DNA from: a virus
Length of the DNA stretch: 64,000 nucleotides
IMG/VR virus record: IMGVR_UViG_3300045988_031640
Strand: one strand, 5' to 3'
The position numbers were made by a program, and so were the translations under genes. A model generated the notes under the pieces. That model had not been told where the DNA came from. It searched no databases and worked only from the letters and a program-made list of their open reading frames with translations. Numbering within the stretch: the first letter of the stretch is position 1; each line of letters opens with the position of its first letter. This document shows positions 1 through 8,554 of the stretch, piece after piece.

Positions 1-1
1 A

Positions 2-139
2 TTAGCAGCAGAGTATAAAGATAAGCAATACGGTAACGTATTTGATTGGCTTGATGTAACAGCCACTGTAGTAGGGGGTATGTTTGGACAAGCAGCACAG
101 TTATTGTTAATGTTAGGAATGTATAAGATATTTAAGTAA
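2..139 (+). CDS. C-terminal part of an unknown protein (partial at window start)
   Basis: Open frame from window start translating to LAAEYKDKQYGNVFDWLDVTATVVGGMFGQAAQLLLMLGMYKIFK*, followed directly by a terminator. Confidence 0.6.
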   Translation, partial: LAAEYKDKQYGNVFDWLDVTATVVGGMFGQAAQLLLMLGMYKIFK

Positions 140-142
140 TAT

Positions 143-180
143 AAACCCAGGGTGATTAAGTTCATTCTGGGTTTTATTTT
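143..180 (+). terminator. Rho-independent terminator
   Basis: AAACCCAG ... CTGGGTTTTATTTT stem plus T-rich tail right after the stop codon. Confidence 0.75.
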
Positions 181-730
181 GCCTATAAGGGAGAACCCTT
201 TTCTTTCTTTATATATTTCTTTCTTTTAGGAGAGGGTTTAGCTAAGCTTATATAGACTATATAAACTATATATACTTACTGTACCCTAATCTCTTTTCTT
301 TTGCTACTTTTCTTTCTCTATTAGACGGCATAGATTGCCTATATTTCACAAACGAGCTCATATAAGCCTCTGTAAGCCATTATAATTGATCAGATGGATA
401 AGTTATCCAGAACATCTATTATAACGCGTCAGAGAGCCTATAAATAGCCTTAAATCGAATGTATGATATTTTATCCAGTTTGAGATAAATAAAAATTTTA
501 TTTTTTTATTATATTTCAAATGTGTTTTATGTGTGCAGAAATGCGAAATGTATAAATTTTTTATTTTTTTAAAGTTATATTGCGCGTATGAAAATGCGAA
601 ACAATAATTTTTTTTGGATTTTTTGTTGTGAGAGCGCAGAAATCTGAAACAGCAATAAATCAGACCCCTATATCCTCTATCGGTAGGAAAGACCCCCTAC
701 ACGAAACACGCAACGTTTGTGTGTGGGTAA

Positions 731-1225
731 TTGGCAAACAATGTTATGAATATAAAGAAAGTAAAAGACTTTTCAGCGTCTAAGCCTTATGTTGTTGTAT
801 CTGATACAAAGAGTAATAACCCTTTGCTTGCTGGTTCATTCGTTAATACAACGGGGGACTACGTTGCTACATTCGATATTAGCCGTGTTTGTCCAAAGTT
901 TTTCGAGGACGAGGACAATGTGGATTTAGAAGCCGCTTTCGCTGCTTTTAAAAAACTTGTAAAAGAAAATAAAGACAATTTCGTTTGTCTTGATTTTTCA
1001 ATTAGCGAGTTGAGTGGCGGTGTTTGTAGTCGTGTTCTTATTGTGTCAACAGGTAGAGAGATGACAGTACGCCGTGTGTTGTCTTTGTTGTCAAGAGAAG
1101 AAACGCTACCAAGTGTAAAGGCAAACTTTGACACAGCGGTATCAAAAGGTCGTTACAAGTATGTTGTACCAAACGCAACTATTGAAGACGAGGAAGAAAC
1201 TGAAGATGAGGGTGAGGAGGTATAA
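731..1225 (+). CDS. Hypothetical early protein with acidic C-terminus (TTG start at 731, or ATG at 746)
   Basis: 164-aa ORF ending EDEEETEDEGEEV. Confidence 0.6.
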   Translation: MANNVMNIKKVKDFSASKPYVVVSDTKSNNPLLAGSFVNTTGDYVATFDISRVCPKFFEDEDNVDLEAAFAAFKKLVKENKDNFVCLDFSISELSGGVCSRVLIVSTGREMTVRRVLSLLSREETLPSVKANFDTAVSKGRYKYVVPNATIEDEEETEDEGEEV

Positions 1226-1339
1226 CCTCCCACCCCTTTTTTAACTATTCGTAACACTGATTAGAAATAGAAAAGGTTAATATATAGCCTTTTACTATAA
1301 ATATTCTTATACACATAAGAGTATTTCATAAAAAGGGGA

Positions 1340-1560
1340 ACAACCCATCTTGGTGAAGGTAAACCAAGAATGCGTTTTACACAACGTATCTTTATCCACA
1401 TATTATACATAATGCACTATGTATAATATAGATGGGACACTATTTTTACAGAATAGTGCAAATACTACGTTACTACATAGCATGCGATGTAATAAATTAG
1501 TAGTTAGATTTAGGTAGTATGAAAGCTCGCGTATTACCTAAATCCCTAACCTTGGTAAAT
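1340..1560 (+). ncRNA. Structured non-coding region with several strong hairpins
   Basis: No ORF; ATATTATACATA/TATGTATAATAT (1400-1411 with 1418-1429), CACTATT/AATAGTG (about 1439-1459), GATTTAGGTA/TACCTAAATC (1507-1516 with 1535-1544), CTTGGT/ACCAAG near 1350. Confidence 0.5.
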
Positions 1561-1620
1561 CATGGAGCTTCATGTATACTGAAGTGCAAATCAGTATTTT
1601 AACGCTACATAGTAGCTGTT

Positions 1621-1690
1621 GGGCGCTCATCTGTAACGGAGAAACGTATGTTAATATAACATGCGGCTGGTTCGACTCCAGGAGCGCCTT
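1621..1690 (+). tRNA. tRNA-like element with non-canonical anticodon arm
   Basis: Acceptor GGGCGCT pairs with AGCGCCT; T-arm loop TTCGACT; central arm CGTATGTT-AATAT-AACATGCG is an 8-bp stem with 5-nt loop rather than 5 bp/7 nt. Confidence 0.6.
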
Positions 1691-1712
1691 CTATTATTTA
1701 AAACAAAAAGTT

Positions 1713-2051
1713 ATGGAAAAGATTAAAGACCAAGAAAATCGACTCTACATGTTATTAGCGTTGATTACAGCATTCTTTGCAGGAGTGTTATTTGTGCTTA
1801 TCATTGTTATGGGTATTGGTAAATGCCATATAATCAATGATTTAGAGTATGCTAACTACAAAACTCTCGAATATAAAGAGAGTTTATGTAATGCATACTA
1901 CAACTATTTCAACAATGTTGAAGCTATGTTGGATAGTGTGAAAATCGAAGATTCCCCATACATAGAGTCAGATACAGGCTCTAAGTATTTAAACAGTGTT
2001 AAAACCGTTAAAGGTCTTTTAGACCAAGAGGAGAATTGCGATAAATACTAA
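1713..2051 (+). CDS. Hypothetical single-TM protein
   Basis: MEKIKDQENRLYMLLALITAFFAGVLFVLIIVMG...; the upstream part of the 1572 ORF overlaps the tRNA-like element so the start is set at 1713. Confidence 0.6.
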   Translation: MEKIKDQENRLYMLLALITAFFAGVLFVLIIVMGIGKCHIINDLEYANYKTLEYKESLCNAYYNYFNNVEAMLDSVKIEDSPYIESDTGSKYLNSVKTVKGLLDQEENCDKY

Positions 2052-2241
2052 CAGAAAGCTACCAGCTGTAAAGAGGTAGCAAAGAAAAAGACAAGATGGA
2101 GAGTCTCTGTACTTCAGTTCTATAACCATCATTTGTTGTCAGCCCCTGTGTGAATAATAGTAACACTTATAGGAACTGTCTGGAGTGCTCACGAAAGTGA
2201 GAATATGCACATTAAATTAAATCCTTGTGCAAGGTAAATGT

Positions 2242-2421
2242 ATGGAAGATTTTATTATCTTTTCAAACACATGTGGTGGTAACACTGCAATTCGTAAATC
2301 AGAAATCGCTGTCATTCATGAAGATGATGATGAAGAAGTAACTTCAATAGCGTTAAAGGATGGTATCGAATATGATACACACGAAACGTTCAATTCTATC
2401 ATCTCAAAACTCACAAAGTAA
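2242..2421 (+). CDS. Hypothetical small protein
   Basis: ORF MEDFIIFSNTCGGNTAIRKSE...; immediately followed by the next ORF. Confidence 0.55.
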   Translation: MEDFIIFSNTCGGNTAIRKSEIAVIHEDDDEEVTSIALKDGIEYDTHETFNSIISKLTK

Positions 2422-2777
2422 TGGGACAGAGTAATTATGAAGAGTTCTTGAAGGCTGCAGATGCAGCTGCAAGAAAGGTGCATAAATCAAACGCTAAGCA
2501 CCAAGTAGTTAATCATGTATGGAGTTCTGAAAAGAATAAGTATGTGAAAGTAAAACGTTATCGTGCAAAGTCAGCAATGACAAAGCATGAAGAGCGTGAG
2601 TTCTTTGGCCATCCATTCACATTCAAGAAAAACATTGTGTTAGTCAACAAGGAAGACGTAACTCTGCTATTTGATAAGAATTGGCAGCTTTGTGAACTAT
2701 TCCCTATACGTGAAGACACAAAGGAATTTCTTGATGCTCATCGTGGTCAACCTTATCAGTTTTTTGTAGATGATTAA
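2421..2777 (+). CDS. Hypothetical protein
   Basis: 118-aa ORF, tightly packed with neighbours. Confidence 0.55.
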   Translation: MGQSNYEEFLKAADAAARKVHKSNAKHQVVNHVWSSEKNKYVKVKRYRAKSAMTKHEEREFFGHPFTFKKNIVLVNKEDVTLLFDKNWQLCELFPIREDTKEFLDAHRGQPYQFFVDD

Positions 2778-3147
2778 GTTATCATACGCTGAGTCTTTAG
2801 CTTTCAAGAAAATGGGCTTCAAAGAGAAAACAGACGGATATTTTGTAGTAAAAGTACCAATTGATGTTTGTTGCCCAGATAATTGGAACAATAAAGGCGA
2901 AGGTTTTGTAGCTATGCTAAATGTATATCAAGCTGTTGAATTCTTATCAGCTAAAAAAGGAATATACATTAGCATTTCAGTTCATACAAATCATGAAATG
3001 AGGAAAGCTGAATTGATGACTACTGTGACGTATACAAGGATTGGTTATATAACATGTCAAAATGAATTTGGCAATCGTTATACAACTATAGAAACAGCCT
3101 TGTATGCTGGTGTGAAGAATGTTCTGGAAACTTTAAATAAGCTTTAA
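2770..3147 (+). CDS. Hypothetical protein
   Basis: 125-aa ORF overlapping the preceding stop. Confidence 0.6.
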   Translation: MIKLSYAESLAFKKMGFKEKTDGYFVVKVPIDVCCPDNWNNKGEGFVAMLNVYQAVEFLSAKKGIYISISVHTNHEMRKAELMTTVTYTRIGYITCQNEFGNRYTTIETALYAGVKNVLETLNKL

Positions 3148-3148
3148 T

Positions 3149-3496
3149 ATGATTAAGCAAAAGGTAACAGAATATACCTCTCATTTCTTAGTAGAAACAA
3201 GATTAACTTTTACTAAGAAAGAAGCAGAAGCTTTTTATTTAGATAAAAATCTAAAGAGAAAAATAAATGCTATAATTCATCGCTATAAGCGAGGAAACAT
3301 GGAAAAACGTAATTATTCTTCACTTGTGTATAGACTTAAAGATATAAAAGATTTATCTTCGACATACATATGTGGTATAGTATTTCATGTTTATTATAAC
3401 ATTGTTTATCTTGATAGAAAGTATATCATCCTGAATAAGCAAAAAGCTTTTGCTGAAGAAATCAAAGCAAAAATCAAGGCAAGTATAGATGCTTAG
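3149..3496 (+). CDS. Hypothetical protein (terminates with TAG)
   Basis: 115-aa ORF. Confidence 0.6.
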   Translation: MIKQKVTEYTSHFLVETRLTFTKKEAEAFYLDKNLKRKINAIIHRYKRGNMEKRNYSSLVYRLKDIKDLSSTYICGIVFHVYYNIVYLDRKYIILNKQKAFAEEIKAKIKASIDA

Positions 3497-3513
3497 TTCT
3501 ATACAAAGTTAAA

Positions 3514-3536
3514 AACATTAAATCATTATCAAAATG
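3514..3536 (+). promoter_or_regulatory. Conserved leader motif fused to start codon, copy 1
   Basis: aacattAAATCATTATCAAAATG, one of six near-identical copies. Confidence 0.7.
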
Positions 3537-3929
3537 AACATTTTAAAGACAACTCCAAAAGGCATAGTAATTGAGACAAAGATTGGAATTAATCCAGAGT
3601 TATCAGAGAAGTTATCTAACTGTGGTTCTTACCACATGAAGGCAATCAAGAAGCAGTGCGATAAGATCGCAAGCTGGGAGATTGTGGATAACGACATCAT
3701 AAAGGATGAAGATTATCCAAAGATGGTAAAAGTAACATCTATTCCATTCAATGAAGTAGACGCCGACTGTGTCAGCACATTTGTAAAGACACAGGAGAAT
3801 CTTGTAGAAACTGTTCTTAAGGCAGAGTCTATGAGTTTGATGATCGACAGAGCGGTGGATTGCGTTAATCGTGTATTCAAAGCAATGCTCGATACGTCTT
3901 TTACACCAGACGAGTATGCAGAAAACTAA
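3534..3929 (+). CDS. Hypothetical protein
   Basis: 131-aa ORF downstream of leader motif. Confidence 0.65.
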   Translation: MNILKTTPKGIVIETKIGINPELSEKLSNCGSYHMKAIKKQCDKIASWEIVDNDIIKDEDYPKMVKVTSIPFNEVDADCVSTFVKTQENLVETVLKAESMSLMIDRAVDCVNRVFKAMLDTSFTPDEYAEN

Positions 3930-4152
3930 GGTCCATATAAAAAACCAACAGCATCAACAGCGGAAAGACAAATCCGCTGTAGATGAGGTTGGGAATAAGA
4001 GATTTCGGTTATTCTTCAAGTCTGGAGGAGCAAGTATTCTTGTAGCTAAAGGGTTAACAAAGAATGAGGTTTATATTCTTACTAAACAGTTTGAAAATAA
4101 TCTCAAGAATTACGACTCTAAGCTCGAAGGAGTGTGGTTATCAGTAAAATAG
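3916..4152 (+). CDS. Hypothetical protein (TAG stop)
   Basis: ATG at 3916 inside the listed 3871 ORF: MQKTKVHIKNQQHQQRKDK... Confidence 0.5.
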   Translation: MQKTKVHIKNQQHQQRKDKSAVDEVGNKRFRLFFKSGGASILVAKGLTKNEVYILTKQFENNLKNYDSKLEGVWLSVK

Positions 4153-4180
4153 CAAATGTAAGTGCTTGTCTTACATAACA

Positions 4181-4200
4181 TTTAAAACATTATCAAAATG
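4181..4200 (+). promoter_or_regulatory. Conserved leader motif, copy 2
   Basis: TTTAAAACATTATCAAAATG. Confidence 0.7.
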
Positions 4201-4593
4201 ATTCCAAGTTACAATAAACCAAGTAACAATGATGGATTTGAGAAAGTCTTATTCATCTTATTTATAGCTATGCTATTCTTTGGCATCGCTGTAAAATGTA
4301 GTGCACAAAAAGTGCAACAGAAAGCTGTGTATGACACAGTAATGTGTGATCAAGCTTGTATTCAGAAATATGTACAAATCCCTAACGAAAAGACAGGGAA
4401 AGTACGTATCTTTGCTGTATACAAAGATTCTAAGCACAACGTGAATGAGCTTATTAACGTGTCAGAAAGTACATATGATTACATTCAGACATGTAAGACC
4501 TATGGGATTCCTGCCCAATTAGGTATTAAGCTCAGAAACGGTGCTATCCAGAGTGTTATTCGCATTAAAACAATCATAACTGTAAGGCGATGA
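4198..4593 (+). CDS. Hypothetical membrane/exported protein
   Basis: N-terminal hydrophobic segment VLFILFIAMLFFGIAVKCSA. Confidence 0.6.
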   Translation: MIPSYNKPSNNDGFEKVLFILFIAMLFFGIAVKCSAQKVQQKAVYDTVMCDQACIQKYVQIPNEKTGKVRIFAVYKDSKHNVNELINVSESTYDYIQTCKTYGIPAQLGIKLRNGAIQSVIRIKTIITVRR

Positions 4594-5039
4594 ACGATGG
4601 AATAAAGAAAGGTGTAGCGGTGTACCGTAAGAACAAATACGGTCACCTCTACAACATATTTCTCGTTGAAGGTACGCGCGGAGATAAAATCCTTGCTAAA
4701 ACCTTAAACGGGCGTAAAATAACATTAGAAAGAAATGATTTTTATCCAGTAAAAATTCCAAGTTTGAGAATATCAAAGGAGGAAATGGATAAAGTTATAG
4801 CTGGTGCTAGAGTCTTTAATCACAATATTACACAATCGTGGGTTGATGTAGTAGAAGGATTTAAAGAAAAACAATTTGAAATTATAAGACTAACACATGC
4901 AAATAGAAAAGTGTATGTGATGTTAGAGTCCATTAACAGATCTGTTAAGAATAAGATTGTGAAAGAAAGCGCAAATGGAATTCTAACTAAACAGATCTTT
5001 TCTATTAGATGCGCCATTTGGAATATCATATTTGAATGA
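4590..5039 (+). CDS. Hypothetical protein
   Basis: 149-aa ORF, ATGA overlap with previous gene. Confidence 0.6.
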   Translation: MNDGIKKGVAVYRKNKYGHLYNIFLVEGTRGDKILAKTLNGRKITLERNDFYPVKIPSLRISKEEMDKVIAGARVFNHNITQSWVDVVEGFKEKQFEIIRLTHANRKVYVMLESINRSVKNKIVKESANGILTKQIFSIRCAIWNIIFE

Positions 5040-5224
5040 AAATTCCAAAACCAGGCCAATTTTGCACAATAAACAATGTAGTTTACAGAGCTTATAAGGC
5101 AAAAGATGGCTGTAAGGGATGCGCTTTCAACAATCTGTTTTCATGTTTAGGTATAATAGATGGTAAAACAGGTAGAGCTAAAATGGACTGCAAGTATAGT
5201 CATATAATCTTTAAAAAAGTATGA
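5036..5224 (+). CDS. Small cysteine-containing protein
   Basis: 62-aa ORF with 6 Cys (FCTI, DGCKGCAF, FSCLG, KMDCKY), ATGA overlap with previous gene. Confidence 0.55.
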   Translation: MKIPKPGQFCTINNVVYRAYKAKDGCKGCAFNNLFSCLGIIDGKTGRAKMDCKYSHIIFKKV

Positions 5225-5397
5225 AGTTGTTAAAACTATCATCAGTTATAAGAATAATTATTTCAATCTTAATTTTGTATTTGATAGAAAATGGTATGAT
5301 AATAAGCAGATTTAATATTGCAATAATAATACTATGCTTTATCGAATTGACATTAGATCTTTGTTACATTGTAATAAACTTAAGTATCAAAGAGTAA
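5221..5397 (+). CDS. Small hydrophobic protein
   Basis: 58-aa reading frame MKLLKLSSVIRIIISILILYLIENGMIISRFNIAIIILCFIELTLDLCYIVINLSIKE*, ATGA overlap with previous gene; below the ORF track cutoff. Confidence 0.5.
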   Translation: MKLLKLSSVIRIIISILILYLIENGMIISRFNIAIIILCFIELTLDLCYIVINLSIKE

Positions 5398-5405
5398 CCC
5401 CAAAG

Positions 5406-5438
5406 TGTAGAGTATTAGCATCAAACTAATGCTCTACA
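5406..5438 (+). terminator. Strong hairpin, possible terminator or processing site
   Basis: GTAGAGTATTAG-catcaaa-CTAATGCTCTAC just after CDS end; weak T-tract. Confidence 0.45.
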
Positions 5439-5753
5439 TGTACATTTAATGCAACCTACGCCTCCGAAGTACAAGGAGAGTACGACTGGTCCCAAGTCCA
5501 GGATGAAAGATGCAGAGGGGATGTACATTTAAGTGCACGCTTATCAAGAGCGCGATGCTGAGTATCGAAAACTCCGTGCACTACCAAACTTTTTGTTTTT
5601 ATATAATTGTTATTTTGTTCGATTAAATGAGTGTTGTGAAACACCCTCCCATTCTTATTTGGTTTGGAATGTCATAATTGAAGTTTAGTTAGACACAAAT
5701 GGTAATAGCGATTATCAAAAAGACACACTTGCTTGTGAAAGTAGGTGTGACAC

Positions 5754-5825
5754 GGCTTTATAGCTTAATTGGTGAGAGCGCCCCGCGTTAGTGGGGAGGT
5801 ATAGGGTCGGAGCCTATTGAAGCTA
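5754..5825 (+). tRNA. tRNA-like element with atypical anticodon loop
   Basis: Acceptor GGCTTTA/TGAAGCT, T-stem ATAGG/CCTAT, D-arm-like TAGCTTAATTGGTGAGAGC; central arm CCCCG-CGTTAG-TGGGG gives a 6-nt loop; loop of T-arm GTCGGAG. Confidence 0.6.
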
Positions 5826-5898
5826 CATTAATTCATTTGCATAATTTATAAAATTGTGATTTGCAGTATGCATGGTCTGTGAAGATAGTGCATATTAT

Positions 5899-5970
5899 GG
5901 CCTATTCGTCTATCGGTTAGGACACAAGATTTTCATTCTTGTAAGAGCGGTTCGACTCCGCTATAGGCTA
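5899..5970 (+). tRNA. tRNA-Glu (TTC)
   Basis: Acceptor GGCCTAT/ATAGGCT; anticodon arm CAAGA-TTTTCAT-TCTTG; T-arm AGCGG-TTCGACT-CCGCT. Confidence 0.85.
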
Positions 5971-6025
5971 CTATAAGTTTTTTCCAAGTTCTTTAAAAAC
6001 TGGGCAATTAATTTATGTTAAATCC

Positions 6026-6045
6026 AATAAAACATTATCAAAATG
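6026..6045 (+). promoter_or_regulatory. Conserved leader motif, copy 3
   Basis: AATAAAACATTATCAAAATG. Confidence 0.7.
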
Positions 6046-6492
6046 GAAAAATGGATTAAAGGGGTTTTGGCAGCATCATTTATGCTGTTTGCAGCCACCC
6101 TTGGCTTAACTGCCTTAACAAGCTGCAATCATGAGAGTGGCAACAGGAAAATCAAGAATTCAGATTCTGCTTTTGTGGTTGGAATTGTTGAAAAGTACTG
6201 TCACCCAGAGATGTCTACTGTTGACGAGGCTATAATGCTTCAGCAACAGATGTCAATGGATGCTGATTATGAACGTGTGTTTATCAACATGCCGCCGAAA
6301 ACATTAGAGGCAGTAGTTCATGTAATGACACACAAGAATAACGCATCTACATTTACGATTAAAGATATTGCTCAAGAGTATTTATCAAGTCAGAAAGTAT
6401 ATGACAATCTGCCTGGTAATGAGCAAGAATCCGATGTGGTCTCGAAACCAAAAGTGCTTGACGAACCCGATAGTATAGGAGGAGGAAAGTAG
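6043..6492 (+). CDS. Putative lipoprotein/exported protein (TAG stop)
   Basis: N-terminal hydrophobic segment with lipobox-like LTALTSC. Confidence 0.6.
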   Translation: MEKWIKGVLAASFMLFAATLGLTALTSCNHESGNRKIKNSDSAFVVGIVEKYCHPEMSTVDEAIMLQQQMSMDADYERVFINMPPKTLEAVVHVMTHKNNASTFTIKDIAQEYLSSQKVYDNLPGNEQESDVVSKPKVLDEPDSIGGGK

Positions 6493-6493
6493 C

Positions 6494-6934
6494 ATGGAGA
6501 CAAGAGCTATCGTAATTCTCTATGAGGGAAACAAAGTACCTGAAAAGGTATTGATGAAATTTGCTCAGATTCTTCGTAAGGAGAAGATTGCAAGTGATCG
6601 TGACATCAGTATTTCAGAGCTTAATCAGAGTGATATTTCAAAGACTTTAGCGAAAGCTAAAGCTGCAGAATCTATTACATTTAAGTATGTAGTAGAGAAA
6701 GATCCTACTGAGCAGGCTATGATCTACCTGAAAGGTTATTTCGGTGACGAGATCTGGATGAATCCAGTATTGTTTGGAGTTAACCTTATGGGTGTAAAAA
6801 CCTCTCTTACAGAAGAGGGTAAAACCGCTCTACGCATATTATGTAGAGACAACATCTCTTCAGATGTTTCTTTGAAGTACAATTTTACAACCGCTCACTT
6901 GACAGCTATTAAAGCCGTCGTAACATCAATGTAA
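6494..6934 (+). CDS. Hypothetical protein
   Basis: 146-aa ORF. Confidence 0.6.
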   Translation: METRAIVILYEGNKVPEKVLMKFAQILRKEKIASDRDISISELNQSDISKTLAKAKAAESITFKYVVEKDPTEQAMIYLKGYFGDEIWMNPVLFGVNLMGVKTSLTEEGKTALRILCRDNISSDVSLKYNFTTAHLTAIKAVVTSM

Positions 6935-7065
6935 TGAAACACTATGATGATCACCATATGGTGGTAGAGAAAGAGAGTAAAAGAACAGAACGTGCAAGAC
7001 ATATTAATGCAAGACCATACAAACGTTCTAAGTACAAACACAAAAACTACGAAGAGGATGTATAA
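6934..7065 (+). CDS. Small basic protein
   Basis: 43-aa frame MKHYDDHHMVVEKESKRTERARHINARPYKRSKYKHKNYEEDV* between two genes. Confidence 0.4.
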   Translation: MKHYDDHHMVVEKESKRTERARHINARPYKRSKYKHKNYEEDV

Positions 7066-7276
7066 GGTAGAACTTTGGAGCCGTAATTCTCATGGTAACA
7101 AAAAAGACCTGATTTCAACATCTTTGTATCCTACAAAGGAAGAAGCTGATGCTGCGAGAATAGTCTTAATAAGACTATCTCGTGGCAGAACATTCGTCCC
7201 AATAGATGCAGAATGTGTGAAATTAGGCAGGCCAGAAGTGGCTATTTTCAACGAAACTAACTATATTGTTTGTTAG
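7058..7276 (+). CDS. Hypothetical protein (TAG stop)
   Basis: ATG at 7058 within the listed 6992 ORF: MYKVELWSRNSHGNKK... Confidence 0.5.
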   Translation: MYKVELWSRNSHGNKKDLISTSLYPTKEEADAARIVLIRLSRGRTFVPIDAECVKLGRPEVAIFNETNYIVC

Positions 7277-7300
7277 AATCGTTTAACATAATATTAATTT

Positions 7301-7321
7301 TTTAAAATCATTATCAAAATG
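7301..7321 (+). promoter_or_regulatory. Conserved leader motif, copy 4
   Basis: TTTAAAATCATTATCAAAATG. Confidence 0.75.
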
Positions 7322-7765
7322 GCAAAAGAGACAAAGAAACCAGCAAGCACTGCAGTAGCAGTAACAGAAGACAACGTGATGGATCAGATCAAGAATGGCA
7401 ATATCTTGGCTGAAGCTAACGTCAAAGCAGCTATTGAAGAGATTCAGAAGCAGAAGGACGAAAAGCAGAAGAAAGAGGCTATGGATATGATCTGTAGAGC
7501 TAAGTATCTGAACAACAAGGCTCTTCTTGAGCTTCGTGCACGTCGTCGTGAAGAGAAGAACAACAAGGAATACCTCACCGAAACGAAGAATATCCTTGAT
7601 GAGGTGCTTGGTGGTAAGATTACTCCTATAGAGTACAAGAAGAAGTGTGAAGATCTGCGCGAAGAATTCCGTAAGAAGAACCGCGAGAGTGACAAACAGC
7701 TTTCTGAGGAAATGCAGGAGCTGCGAGAGAGCTTTGAAGGCCGCTGGCAGTATTGGTGGGATTAA
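7319..7765 (+). CDS. Hypothetical coiled-coil-like protein
   Basis: 148-aa charged, helical-looking ORF. Confidence 0.65.
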   Translation: MAKETKKPASTAVAVTEDNVMDQIKNGNILAEANVKAAIEEIQKQKDEKQKKEAMDMICRAKYLNNKALLELRARRREEKNNKEYLTETKNILDEVLGGKITPIEYKKKCEDLREEFRKKNRESDKQLSEEMQELRESFEGRWQYWWD

Positions 7766-7769
7766 TAAT

Positions 7770-8250
7770 CCTACGAGTGCACAATTAGCGTTGAATTAGC
7801 AGAGTCTTAGAACCAGTCTAATGGAGACTACAGATAGTTTAAAGAGATTAGTCTAACAGTGACATAATTAAGAAAACACCATCAGTGAATTAACACTGAC
7901 ACAAGAGCCTTTGAGCCATGTGCAACGCAAACTGCGAGGACACGCTGTATAATATGTCCAATTATGATCAAACAATTACAGTATGCGAACCATAGAGTCG
8001 GTGCTCCTATAAGGAATCCTCATTGGCGAGGTAAGTAGACACTGTACTGTGTATCAAGAAACAGATACATGCGAATTATACGAGAGTCTTGAACCAGTTA
8101 TATGAAACATATTTGTAAAAGCTTATAAATGCGTTTTAAAACGTTTAAACAAGTCAAGTGGATTAGCTACCCACAAGATGCGTTAGAACGCCTTAGAACG
8201 CACGTAAATAGCTTTATTCAGGATCTTTAGGATTGATCACCTAAGGATTC
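7770..8250 (+). ncRNA. Non-coding tract upstream of the tmRNA acceptor piece
   Basis: About 480 nt without a + strand ORF, many short inverted repeats (e.g. CAGTG-aattaa-CACTG). Confidence 0.35.
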
Positions 8251-8254
8251 ACTA

Positions 8255-8317
8255 AGAAAGAAGCATATCTGTATGAGGTATACGACCAAGACGCGGGTTC
8301 GAATCCCGCCAGCTCCA
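8255..8317 (+). ncRNA. ssrA: tmRNA acceptor (3') piece of a circularly permuted ssrA-like gene
   Basis: TATGAGGTATACGACCAAGACGCGGGTTCGAATCCCGCCAGCTCCA closely resembles the bacterial tmRNA 3' end; CAGCTCC pairs with GGGGCTG located downstream at 8396. Confidence 0.7.
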
Positions 8318-8395
8318 CTATAAACATATAGAGAGGAGGAGAATCTTGTAAGGGGACTCTTAATAGAGCAGTACGTAGATCAACCCTCCTACAAT

Positions 8396-8540
8396 GGGGC
8401 TGTATGGTTTTGATTGGCGTGGAAGTAAATACACCTATTTAGTTAGGAAGGATACTGTATAAATTCAAATGGCAACTTTAACGTTGTTGACTATACTTGC
8501 GTAGCGTAAGTAACAGTCAGGTGGATGCGAAACCTACCAA
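8396..8540 (+). ncRNA. ssrA: tmRNA coding (5') piece of a circularly permuted ssrA-like gene
   Basis: GGGGCTGTATGGTTTTGATTGGCGTGG resembles the tmRNA 5' end; P2 strand TTGGCGT...ATACACCT complements AGGTATACGACCAA of the acceptor piece; candidate tag frame at 8471-8509. Confidence 0.65.
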
Positions 8541-8554
8541 AGTGGTTTAGATTC

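Noticed and set aside
5456-5644. 62-aa - strand ORF in the intergenic region
   Set aside because: No motif, wrong strand for the arm, region looks like structured RNA.
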